Source: a virus (lineage: Duplodnaviria > Heunggongvirae > Uroviricota > Caudoviricetes). Taken from it: a stretch of 64,000 nt of DNA. This document shows, in pieces, positions 41,428 to 48,164 of this stretch (positions are counted from its first letter, which is position 1; each line of letters begins with the position of its first letter). Below the pieces are notes generated by a model that ran no database searches, was not told the origin of the DNA, and saw nothing but the letters and a program-made list of their open reading frames with translations. The stretch spans positions 9,618 through 73,617 of IMG/VR virus record IMGVR_UViG_3300017747_005082, one strand, 5' to 3'. A program made the position numbers and the translations under genes.

Positions 41428-41606
41428 ATTTTAAATAAGTTGTAGAGGCTTTTAGGGATAATTATAGGCAACTTTTCACCGTAAACTCGGCTTCCCAAAC
41501 TCATTTGCACTTATATCTTATCTTTTACGCGTGCAACTTATTATATTGTAAATATATGAACTTATATTTTATAAATCAAATATTTTTTAAAATATTTTTA
41601 TTTTTG

Positions 41607-41682
41607 AGCAGAATGTGGGATTCGAACCCACGATGATTCTACATTGGAAGTGTAGCGCAATCGGCCGCTATGCGAATTCTGC
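41607..41682 (-). tRNA. tRNA-Gly (TCC)
   Basis: Cloverleaf, loop CTTCCAA, U73. Confidence 0.9.
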
Positions 41683-41740
41683 AAATAGTAAGAAATAAAA
41701 TATAGAACCACGAGCACTGATGAATTCTATTCTTACTTTG

Positions 41741-41814
41741 TACTCTGAGAGGGGGTCGAACCCTCAAAAATCTTGTTCCTAAGACAAGCGCGTATGCCAT
41801 TCCGCCATCAGAGC
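41741..41814 (-). tRNA. tRNA-Leu (TAG), short variable region
   Basis: Cloverleaf, loop CTTAGGA, variable region only ATTTTT. Confidence 0.8.
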
Positions 41815-41822
41815 AGTTTTTG

Positions 41823-41907
41823 TACCGCTACCGGGAGTTGAACCCGGACGCCCATTCTGGACACAAGATTTTAAGTCTTGCATGACTACCAATTCCATCA
41901 TAGCGGC
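41823..41907 (-). tRNA. tRNA-Leu (TAA)
   Basis: Class II cloverleaf, loop CTTAAAA. Confidence 0.92.
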
Positions 41908-41945
41908 GTTTAAAGAAGAGTATGATGTTGATTCTCTCTTCTTTG

Positions 41946-42021
41946 AGGTAAGGATAGGATTTGAACCTACGAACATATGGGTTGCAACCATCTCCCTTAA
42001 ACCAAACTCGGGCACCTTACC
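41946..42021 (-). tRNA. tRNA-Cys (GCA)
   Basis: Cloverleaf, loop TTGCAAC, U73. Confidence 0.9.
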
Positions 42022-42029
42022 AAGTAAAT

Positions 42030-42098
42030 TAAATAGTATGGTTTTGAATTCATATCTCCTCGAAAATCAAGGGCTCTAATATTTGAGCTAACTATTTA
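42030..42098 (-). pseudogene. degenerate tRNA-like sequence
   Basis: TAAATAG/CTATTTA acceptor and GCTC/GAGC D-arm, but broken anticodon and T arms. Confidence 0.5.
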
Positions 42099-42234
42099 AT
42101 TATCATATTGTCCATAATTTGTTCTTGGACTTATTTCTTCAAAATCTCTAAAACTTGATTCATCTTCCATAATCCAATTATTTAAATTTCTATGTTATAA
42201 ATATATGAATTAAAATTTTATAATCCAAATTTTT

Positions 42235-42738
42235 TTAAAAAAGTAAATATTTTTCCCAACTTTTAGGTAAATTATCTATACCTTTTAACAACATAAGATA
42301 ATGTGGACGTTTTGGTTGAGGAATTTCTTTACCATATTCTGTTAAAGTTAAATCCGCTTTTTCACTATTACATTTTTTACATGCTGTAACTACATTTTCA
42401 AAAGTATTCTGACCACCTTTTGATGTTGGATGAACATGATCTAATGTTAAAGTTTTTTTATTATCACAACCACAATAAACACATTCAAAATTATCTCTTT
42501 TAAATACATTTTCTCTTGAAAATGGAACTTTTTGAAAAGGTTGATTTACATATTTAAAAACTCTAATAACTGATGGTTTTTTAATATCTAATTCAGGATT
42601 AACTAGTTTAAAGCTCTCGTCATGTTCCTGAATTACTTCAGCATTTCCTTTATAGGAAATAACAAAGGCTCTTTCTGTTGAGATAATACTTCTAGCTATA
42701 TAACTTGAATCTATTACTAGTGTTTTTCTATTATTCAT
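42235..42738 (-). CDS. HNH endonuclease (McrA-like)
   Basis: RDNFECVYCG...TLDHVHP..KGG...ENVVTACKKCN. Confidence 0.9.
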   Translation of the reverse strand: MNNRKTLVIDSSYIARSIISTERAFVISYKGNAEVIQEHDESFKLVNPELDIKKPSVIRVFKYVNQPFQKVPFSRENVFKRDNFECVYCGCDNKKTLTLDHVHPTSKGGQNTFENVVTACKKCNSEKADLTLTEYGKEIPQPKRPHYLMLLKGIDNLPKSWEKYLLF

Positions 42739-42920
42739 GACTTTATTTTATGTTGTGTTTTTCTATTATGTTTCCAAGAACGGTATTCTCTATATTTAAA
42801 ATATCCATGTCCTGCTTCACATCCTTCTTCACAATATGGAGGATATAGATCATTTAAAAACATTACTCTATATTCCTTATTGTTAATAGCTTTTTTATAT
42901 CTATCTCTATTTATACTCAT
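42735..42920 (-). CDS. small basic protein (RSWK..RKTQ motif)
   Basis: 61 aa; TGA overlaps the HNH ATG. Confidence 0.6.
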   Translation of the reverse strand: MSINRDRYKKAINNKEYRVMFLNDLYPPYCEEGCEAGHGYFKYREYRSWKHNRKTQHKIKS

Positions 42921-42932
42921 TTTTGCTCATTT

Positions 42933-42974
42933 TTAGGTTATTTAAACCTAATAAGCGTCAAATTTCTTTTTCAT
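42933..42974 (-). promoter_or_regulatory. TAG-terminated uORF (MKKKFDAY*) plus hairpin upstream of 42735-42920
   Basis: ATG 42972-74, TAG 42948-50, TAA 42942-44; TTAGGTT/AACCTAA stem. Confidence 0.55.
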
Positions 42975-43060
42975 AATTACTAATTTATATGTTTAAAACA
43001 ATCTTGATAGAATTCTGGTAAGTTTTTCTTTACCAAACTACTAAAAATGGGTGCGACTTG

Positions 43061-43131
43061 CACAGATGGTTGCAATCGAAGCAACTCGTTGAGATTTTGG
43101 AGATCTAATCGACACCAAGCCTGTCATCTGT
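43061..43131 (-). tRNA. tRNA-Trp (CCA), weak D-arm
   Basis: ACAGATG/CATCTGT acceptor, loop CTCCAAA, G73. Confidence 0.75.
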
Positions 43132-43138
43132 ATTTTTG

Positions 43139-43211
43139 AACCCCCATTCAGATTCGAACTGAAATAAAATATCTTAGAAGGATATGGCATTTCCATTTAT
43201 GCTACAGGGGC
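43139..43211 (-). tRNA. tRNA-Arg (TCT)
   Basis: Cloverleaf, loop CTTCTAA. Confidence 0.85.
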
Positions 43212-43490
43212 AAATTTACCTAGATTTCGTTCTAGGAAGACGTAAATAATAAATTCCTGGAACCTATTATTTAACAGCTTATTAAGCCGCTATTGCAAAG
43301 TTGTCCTTTACGTTTATATTAATCTCTATCTATTACTTAATCTAATGTCAAAGCCATTCCTCCCCTTATACAGTAGAGATAACTATAAGTTATCTCAACA
43401 CCCTAAAATACACATGGTATAAGGGCTTAGTGGAGAGGCTGGGTTTCGAACCCAGGTCCATTAAAATGTTAATAAACGTCAACAATTAAT
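43212..43490 (-). ncRNA. ssrA: circularly permuted (two-piece) tmRNA
   Basis: 3' piece GAC-CTGGG-TTCGAAA-CCCAG-CCTCTCC-A (to 43431) precedes 5' piece GGGGAGG-AATGGCTTT-GAC (from 43365); G3:U70; tag frame 43282-43311 VKDNFAIAA* TAA TAA; outer ends approximate. Confidence 0.88.
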
Positions 43491-43495
43491 ACTTG

Positions 43496-43570
43496 TGCAC
43501 CAACGAGGATTCGAACCCACGATATCTCTTAGTCCGTAGCTAAGTGTTTTTCCATTTAAACTATAAGTGC
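43496..43570 (-). tRNA. tRNA-Arg (ACG)
   Basis: Cloverleaf, loop CTACGGA. Confidence 0.85.
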
Positions 43571-43623
43571 TGGTGGGCATCCAAACCTAACTAAATAGGA
43601 AACCTGGCCATGTAGGTTTTTAG

Positions 43624-43712
43624 GGTGAAAGATGGGATTCGAACCCACATTAGAAAATTAATTCATTCCAGATCCACAATCTAGTCGGCATCCCTTACCG
43701 GTTACAATCACC
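43624..43712 (-). tRNA. tRNA-His (GTG) with 19-nt variable region
   Basis: G-1:C73, loop TTGTGGA. Confidence 0.8.
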
Positions 43713-43789
43713 ATATTAAAAATAAAGCTGACCTCCTAGTGGGCTTTAACCGTTAGCATTTAAGATACATTTACTCCACTTTATTTTAG

Positions 43790-43862
43790 TAGCGATGATA
43801 GGTTTTGAACCTACTACCTGAAGTTTATGAATCTTCCGCTCTACCAATTGAGCTACATCGCC
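43790..43862 (-). tRNA. tRNA-Met/Ile2 (CAT)
   Basis: Cloverleaf, loop TTCATAA. Confidence 0.85.
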
Positions 43863-43866
43863 AAAT

Positions 43867-43938
43867 AATCCCCTAATGGATTTCATACCATTATCTCCTG
43901 CTAGCTAGTCGGTTTATGAATATTAACTTAAAGGGATT
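43867..43938 (-). pseudogene. degenerate tRNA-like sequence
   Basis: AATCCC/GGGATT closing stem and AATGG-TATGAAAT-CCATT T-like arm; no proper anticodon arm. Confidence 0.4.
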
Positions 43939-43940
43939 TG

Positions 43941-44025
43941 AAGAGAGTATGAGATTCGAACTCATGCCGCGAATTAACGCGGACCGATTAGCAATCGGAT
44001 GCAATAACCACTCTGCCAACTCTCC
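43941..44025 (-). tRNA. tRNA-Ser (GCT)
   Basis: Class II cloverleaf, loop TTGCTAA. Confidence 0.9.
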
Positions 44026-44080
44026 ATAAATACCTCACCCTGAGCGCGCTGATCTTAAGGGAAGCGGGGTGAGTATGTTG

Positions 44081-44155
44081 TACTCATAGCTGGATTTGAA
44101 CCAGCGCGTAAAATCTTATCAGGATTTCTTTCTACCAGACTGAAAATATATGAGT
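44081..44155 (-). tRNA. tRNA-Ile (GAT)
   Basis: Cloverleaf, loop CTGATAA. Confidence 0.85.
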
Positions 44156-44233
44156 AAATAATTATAAGCTTAGGGACCACTTTTATGTTGCAACTAACCC
44201 TTGATTGAAAAGATGTGCTTCACTTATAATTTG

Positions 44234-44305
44234 CTCCTCCGGGGAATTTCGAAATCCCGACCATCGACTTAACAGGTCGCCGCTCTACCTCTGAGCTACG
44301 GAGAA
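44234..44305 (-). tRNA. tRNA-Asn (GTT)
   Basis: Cloverleaf, loop CTGTTAA, G73. Confidence 0.9.
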
Positions 44306-44346
44306 TTTTATTTTATTTTATTTTATTATTTCAATTTCGATTTTTG

Positions 44347-44420
44347 TGGAGATAGATGGATTTGAACCATCGTCCACCTCATCTTCAGTGAGGCACTCTA
44401 CCAGGCTGAGTTATATCTCC
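44347..44420 (-). tRNA. tRNA-Phe (GAA)
   Basis: Cloverleaf, loop CTGAAGA. Confidence 0.9.
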
Positions 44421-44480
44421 AATTTACTACTTTGATTTGGACACAGGACAAAGTAGAGAAAAAACCTCCCGTTTTGTTAA

Positions 44481-44714
44481 TTATTGGTGGTGTTTTATAT
44501 AACGACCAAATTTATCAATACGTAAATTCATACGTGTTAAAGATAAATTCCAAGAATTAAAATTAGACAATTTTGTTTTTTGTTGTGCCATTTTAAGAGC
44601 ACTAACTTCTGCTTTTGAACGATCCTTCTCTGTTGTTTCAACAAAGTAAGTGGGAGCTTGAGCACCAGTAATACTAGTAGGAACTACTCTCCAAATTCTA
44701 ATTTGTGTTTCCAT
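44481..44714 (-). CDS. hypothetical protein
   Basis: 77-aa ORF inside the tRNA array. Confidence 0.6.
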   Translation of the reverse strand: METQIRIWRVVPTSITGAQAPTYFVETTEKDRSKAEVSALKMAQQKTKLSNFNSWNLSLTRMNLRIDKFGRYIKHHQ

Positions 44715-44716
44715 AA

Positions 44717-44759
44717 TTTTAACGCTAAGTTAAAACTAGGAAGAATTTAGATTTGTCAT
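44717..44759 (-). promoter_or_regulatory. TAG-terminated uORF (MTNLNSS*) plus hairpin upstream of 44481-44714
   Basis: ATG 44757-59, TAG 44736-38, TAA 44730-32; TTTTAAC/GTTAAAA stem ends 2 nt before ATG. Confidence 0.6.
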
Positions 44760-44769
44760 AATTTTAATT

Positions 44770-45051
44770 TTATTTTCTTGAATATTTTTTAACATCTTCA
44801 AGGTCCCATCCTCTAAAAATGTTCATTCTATTATCTTTTTCTTTATCAACATAAATTCTAAAAATATAATCACAATAACTATATTGATCATAAATTGATT
44901 TAGGATTTGTAAAAGAAAAATCTTCATCCCAAAATTTAGAGCTTTTTATTTCATTATTCCAAGCTCTTCTAATTGTTCTCCAATATAAAGATGTTCTTTT
45001 GTAATTTCTTGGTTTGTCTTTAATTATTGGTTTTTTTCGACTTCTTGACAT
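44770..45051 (-). CDS. small basic protein (MSRSRKKP...DY...RK family)
   Basis: 93 aa, Arg/Lys/aromatic-rich. Confidence 0.6.
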   Translation of the reverse strand: MSRSRKKPIIKDKPRNYKRTSLYWRTIRRAWNNEIKSSKFWDEDFSFTNPKSIYDQYSYCDYIFRIYVDKEKDNRMNIFRGWDLEDVKKYSRK

Positions 45052-45057
45052 TTTTTT

Positions 45058-45096
45058 CTAGGTTTAAATTAATACCTAGAAGACTGAATATTTCAT
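45058..45096 (-). promoter_or_regulatory. TAG-terminated uORF (MKYSVF*) plus hairpin upstream of 44770-45051
   Basis: ATG 45094-96, TAG 45076-78, TAA 45064-66; CTAGGT/ACCTAG stem ends 6 nt before ATG. Confidence 0.6.
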
Positions 45097-45099
45097 AAT

Positions 45100-45747
45100 T
45101 TATTTTTTAATATTTCTTCCTTTATAAGTAGGTGTTTGGGAATGACAATTTGGGCATAATATTTTTAAATTTTCTAATAAATTATTTGAAGAATTACCAT
45201 CTATATGCTCTAAATCAAATGAAATTATTTTATTATTCCATTCTTTAATTCCACAATCTTCACATTGTTCTATTTTCAATCCTTCTCTATATAAATATCT
45301 TTTTAAACATCCAGTAAATGAATTATAATATTTATTTTCAATAAATTCTTCTCCTTTTAATAGTTTAGAAAAATCTCTAAATTTCCCTCTCCCAGATTTT
45401 TGTAATTTTTTATTTTTTATATAATTTAAATTATATTTATTGAATAATAATATTATATATGGTTTTGAAATTTTATAAATTTTATTTATCTTATAAATAG
45501 AATAGTTTAATTTTATTACTTCATCTAAAAATGTTTTTTCATCTTTAAATCCTAATTTTTTTAATATTTCCCAATAATCTATTGGTAATTTTTTTGGTTT
45601 AGATTTATTCCTTTTTTTGGTTTTGGGGTAATCTTTTAGATAATATCCTACAGTACCCTTTCCAATTTGTAAAATTTCACAAATTTGAGGTATAGTTTTT
45701 AATTCTTTCCTCAAATCCCAAATCATTTCTTTCCTTTCTAAATTCAT
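45100..45747 (-). CDS. HNH homing-endonuclease-like protein with N-terminal HTH
   Basis: CEDCG...DLEHIDGNSSNN.LENLKILCPNCHSQT. Confidence 0.85.
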   Translation of the reverse strand: MNLERKEMIWDLRKELKTIPQICEILQIGKGTVGYYLKDYPKTKKRNKSKPKKLPIDYWEILKKLGFKDEKTFLDEVIKLNYSIYKINKIYKISKPYIILLFNKYNLNYIKNKKLQKSGRGKFRDFSKLLKGEEFIENKYYNSFTGCLKRYLYREGLKIEQCEDCGIKEWNNKIISFDLEHIDGNSSNNLLENLKILCPNCHSQTPTYKGRNIKK

Positions 45748-45799
45748 ATTGTATATTTAATATAAATATACGAACATATTTATAATTAGCAAAGGTTTG

Positions 45800-45880
45800 T
45801 GGGAGGTAGTGGACTCGAACCACTCCCGTTAGGATTCGATTTACAGTCGAACTGCTATATCCAAATAACTTTTACCTCCC
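45800..45880 (-). tRNA. tRNA-Tyr (GTA)
   Basis: Class II cloverleaf, loop CTGTAAA. Confidence 0.85.
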
Positions 45881-45891
45881 AATTTATTTTG

Positions 45892-45962
45892 TACCTCGGG
45901 AAGGAATCGAACCTTCTCCATATCCGTGTAAAAGATAGACGCTACCATTACATCACCGAGGT
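45892..45962 (-). tRNA. tRNA-Val (TAC)
   Basis: Cloverleaf, loop TTTACAC. Confidence 0.85.
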
Positions 45963-46000
45963 ATAATTAGGTTTTTTATGGAAACCTGTAAAACCATTTG

Positions 46001-46073
46001 TACCCCCGGCAGGCCTCGAACCCACTACCCCTCCGTTAAAAGCGGAGTGCCCGTCCACATGAGCTTCGAAGGC
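46001..46073 (-). tRNA. tRNA-Lys (TTT)
   Basis: Cloverleaf, loop CTTTTAA. Confidence 0.9.
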
Positions 46074-46126
46074 AAATTTAATTCTATGATACCACAAGGT
46101 CTATGAATTAATAACAGTCTCCATCG

Positions 46127-46199
46127 TCTAAGTGAAAGGTCTCGAACCTTCGGCCTCGTAATCCCAAATCACGCGCTCTACCAACTGAGCTACACCTAG
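46127..46199 (-). tRNA. tRNA-Pro (TGG)
   Basis: Cloverleaf, loop TTTGGGA. Confidence 0.9.
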
Positions 46200-46207
46200 A
46201 AATATTG

Positions 46208-46278
46208 TTTCTCTGCAGGGACTCGAACCCCGACGATAAAATCCAAAATTTTAGATGCTACCATTACATCACAGAGAA
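46208..46278 (-). tRNA. tRNA-Gln (TTG)
   Basis: Cloverleaf, loop TTTTGGA. Confidence 0.85.
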
Positions 46279-46284
46279 ATATTG

Positions 46285-46373
46285 AGGAAGAAGTGGGACT
46301 CGAACCCACAACCCAGTTACTCACCGAATTACTACTTTTCAAGAGTAGCCCCTCATCCAGCCGGATTCCTTCC
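46285..46373 (-). tRNA. tRNA-Ser (TGA)
   Basis: Class II cloverleaf, loop CTTGAAA. Confidence 0.88.
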
Positions 46374-46473
46374 AAATTTTACCGATATGTCAAAGTACGA
46401 CTTATTTAATTTCTTATTTAGTAAATATATGAATTTAATTCTTATAAACCAAATATTTTTTAAATTCTTTTTG

Positions 46474-46545
46474 AGGTCAATAACAGATTCGAACTGTTGT
46501 CTCCTGGTTACAAAGCAGGAATTTTACCAATTAAACTAATAGACC
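46474..46545 (-). tRNA. tRNA-Thr (TGT)
   Basis: Cloverleaf, loop TTTGTAA. Confidence 0.88.
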
Positions 46546-46546
46546 A

Positions 46547-46576
46547 ATAAAAAACCCGTTCTGTTGGGAACGGGTT
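46547..46576 (-). terminator. intrinsic terminator immediately 5' of the first tRNA
   Basis: AACCCGTTC/GAACGGGTT stem plus T-run. Confidence 0.75.
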
Positions 46577-46598
46577 ATATTTTAATATATAAAAATGA

Positions 46599-46733
46599 TT
46601 ATATTAAATCATTATCCCCGTTTTTATTTTTATGTAAATCTTCAATTCTAAAATTATTCACATTCATAGTTGAACCCGCCCATTGACTTACTTGAAGCGT
46701 CGGATAATTCGATATATGTTTATAATTTTTCAT
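46599..46733 (-). CDS. 44-aa putative leader peptide (attenuator)
   Basis: MKNYKHISNYPTLQVSQWAGSTMNVNNFRIEDLHKNKNGDNDLI*; contains the antiterminator GGGCGGGTT (46673-46681). Confidence 0.55.
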   Translation of the reverse strand: MKNYKHISNYPTLQVSQWAGSTMNVNNFRIEDLHKNKNGDNDLI

Positions 46734-47111
46734 TGTTGTTTTTATTACGTATATAAATATATGAAAGATTTTTTAAAATCCAAAATATTTTTAAAAATTT
46801 ATGTTATTTGGAATTTTTCCAAATTATCCTTCCCAAGTTTTTCCATAGAGAATTAAATCATCTCCGTACCAAGTACTTCCTTTAAATTTCATACTTCAGT
46901 CCCCCCATTTTTTTGAGTCCATGTTCCTCCACCCAATAATTCTATACATATTTTCATACTCCAATTCCTCCATTTTTAATCCCATGAACTTTATCCCAAA
47001 CTATTAAATCACTTATGACTATATCAAATGATATAATATCCATTCCTGTTCCTCCTTTAAAATTTTTCATATTATTAATTTTTATTTAATATAAATATAT
47101 AAAACTAAAAT

Positions 47112-47903
47112 TTAAACTCCAAATTTATTTTTAAATGAATTTGTTAATCCTAATCTTTCAAACCAATTATTAAAATAAATTAATAATTCTTTACTTCTAG
47201 GATGTGTTTTTTGATGATAAAGTATAAAATCTTTGCAATTTTGGATTTTATCAGCTTTTAACATATCATTTACCTCTTTCTCTTTTGATAATTCAATTTC
47301 ATTAATTGATGAAATTTTTCTAGTAGAAAGATAAGCATTTGCTACTCTAGCATATTCAATAGCTAAATTTAAAACTCTTTCACTTACATTATTAAAATCT
47401 CTATACATCCAAAATTCATCAGTTTGTATTATTGGGTGTAAACAATATGCTTTTTTAGCATCTTCAGTTGCATCTATTTTAGATAGATAAGCTAATCCTT
47501 CATCAATATGATTCATGAGAAAAACACCGCTACGTTTAGCTCGTTTATCACCATATTCATCTCGAATAATTTTATATTCAGGCCATTCTTCTAAATCATA
47601 TGAAATGTATGGAATATTATTTTTTTCTAAAAATTTAGACAATTCACATTGTATAGATGTAAGAATAGGTAATTTCTTTTCTTTATATAATTCTAGAAAT
47701 TTACCTTTTCCTCTAGCATTTTTAAGAATATAAATACTCATATATTCAACCCCATCTATTAAAAAATAAGCAATCACACCTATATCAGTTCTATATTCAG
47801 TTCCTATATATATGATTTCCTTAAACTTTCCTAATTGAAGAATTCTATTTTCTATATAAATAGTAGCTTCGCCTATTGAATTTGCATCAAAATTAAATCT
47901 CAT
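47112..47903 (-). CDS. hypothetical protein, GNAT-like N-terminus and His/Asp-rich helical C-terminal domain
   Basis: ARGKGKF acetyl-CoA-like motif; RSGVFLMNHIDEGL, LHPIIQTD, ADKIQN. Confidence 0.4.
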   Translation of the reverse strand: MRFNFDANSIGEATIYIENRILQLGKFKEIIYIGTEYRTDIGVIAYFLIDGVEYMSIYILKNARGKGKFLELYKEKKLPILTSIQCELSKFLEKNNIPYISYDLEEWPEYKIIRDEYGDKRAKRSGVFLMNHIDEGLAYLSKIDATEDAKKAYCLHPIIQTDEFWMYRDFNNVSERVLNLAIEYARVANAYLSTRKISSINEIELSKEKEVNDMLKADKIQNCKDFILYHQKTHPRSKELLIYFNNWFERLGLTNSFKNKFGV

Positions 47904-47906
47904 AAT

Positions 47907-48164
47907 TTAATAAATTTCATAATTAGATTTTATTTTTTGTGGAAATATTTTACCTTTTTTTTCATTAAATCTAATAAACTTTCCACATACAGTTTCTAAT
48001 GTACAATAATTCCCATGTTCTGTAGCCCAATCATCATAATATATAAATTTGATAATATATTTTGCATTAACATTATATACATTTTCACGATTATACCCAG
48101 GAGCATTGGAATTATTATATCCACCTATATTCATTTCAACTTGATCACCAACATTAATTTCCAT
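47907..48164 (-). CDS. small KOW/SH3-like protein ending YEIY
   Basis: INVGDQV start; C-terminal NYEIY*. Confidence 0.6.
   Translation of the reverse strand: MEINVGDQVEMNIGGYNNSNAPGYNRENVYNVNAKYIIKFIYYDDWATEHGNYCTLETVCGKFIRFNEKKGKIFPQKIKSNYEIY

Noticed and set aside
41687-41737. Hammerhead ribozyme (CTGATGA on plus strand)
   Set aside because: No stem II followed by GAAA and no three-way junction; it is a simple interrupted hairpin.
42895-42930. Extra mini-ORF ATG AGC AAA AAT GAG TAT AAA TAG AGA TAG
   Set aside because: It arises from a 10-nt tandem duplication of the start region, and no independent evidence supports it.
43721-43785. Twister or pistol ribozyme (CGGTTAAAGCCC...GGAGG)
   Set aside because: Superficial motif similarity only; the required P1/P2 and pseudoknot pairings could not be built.
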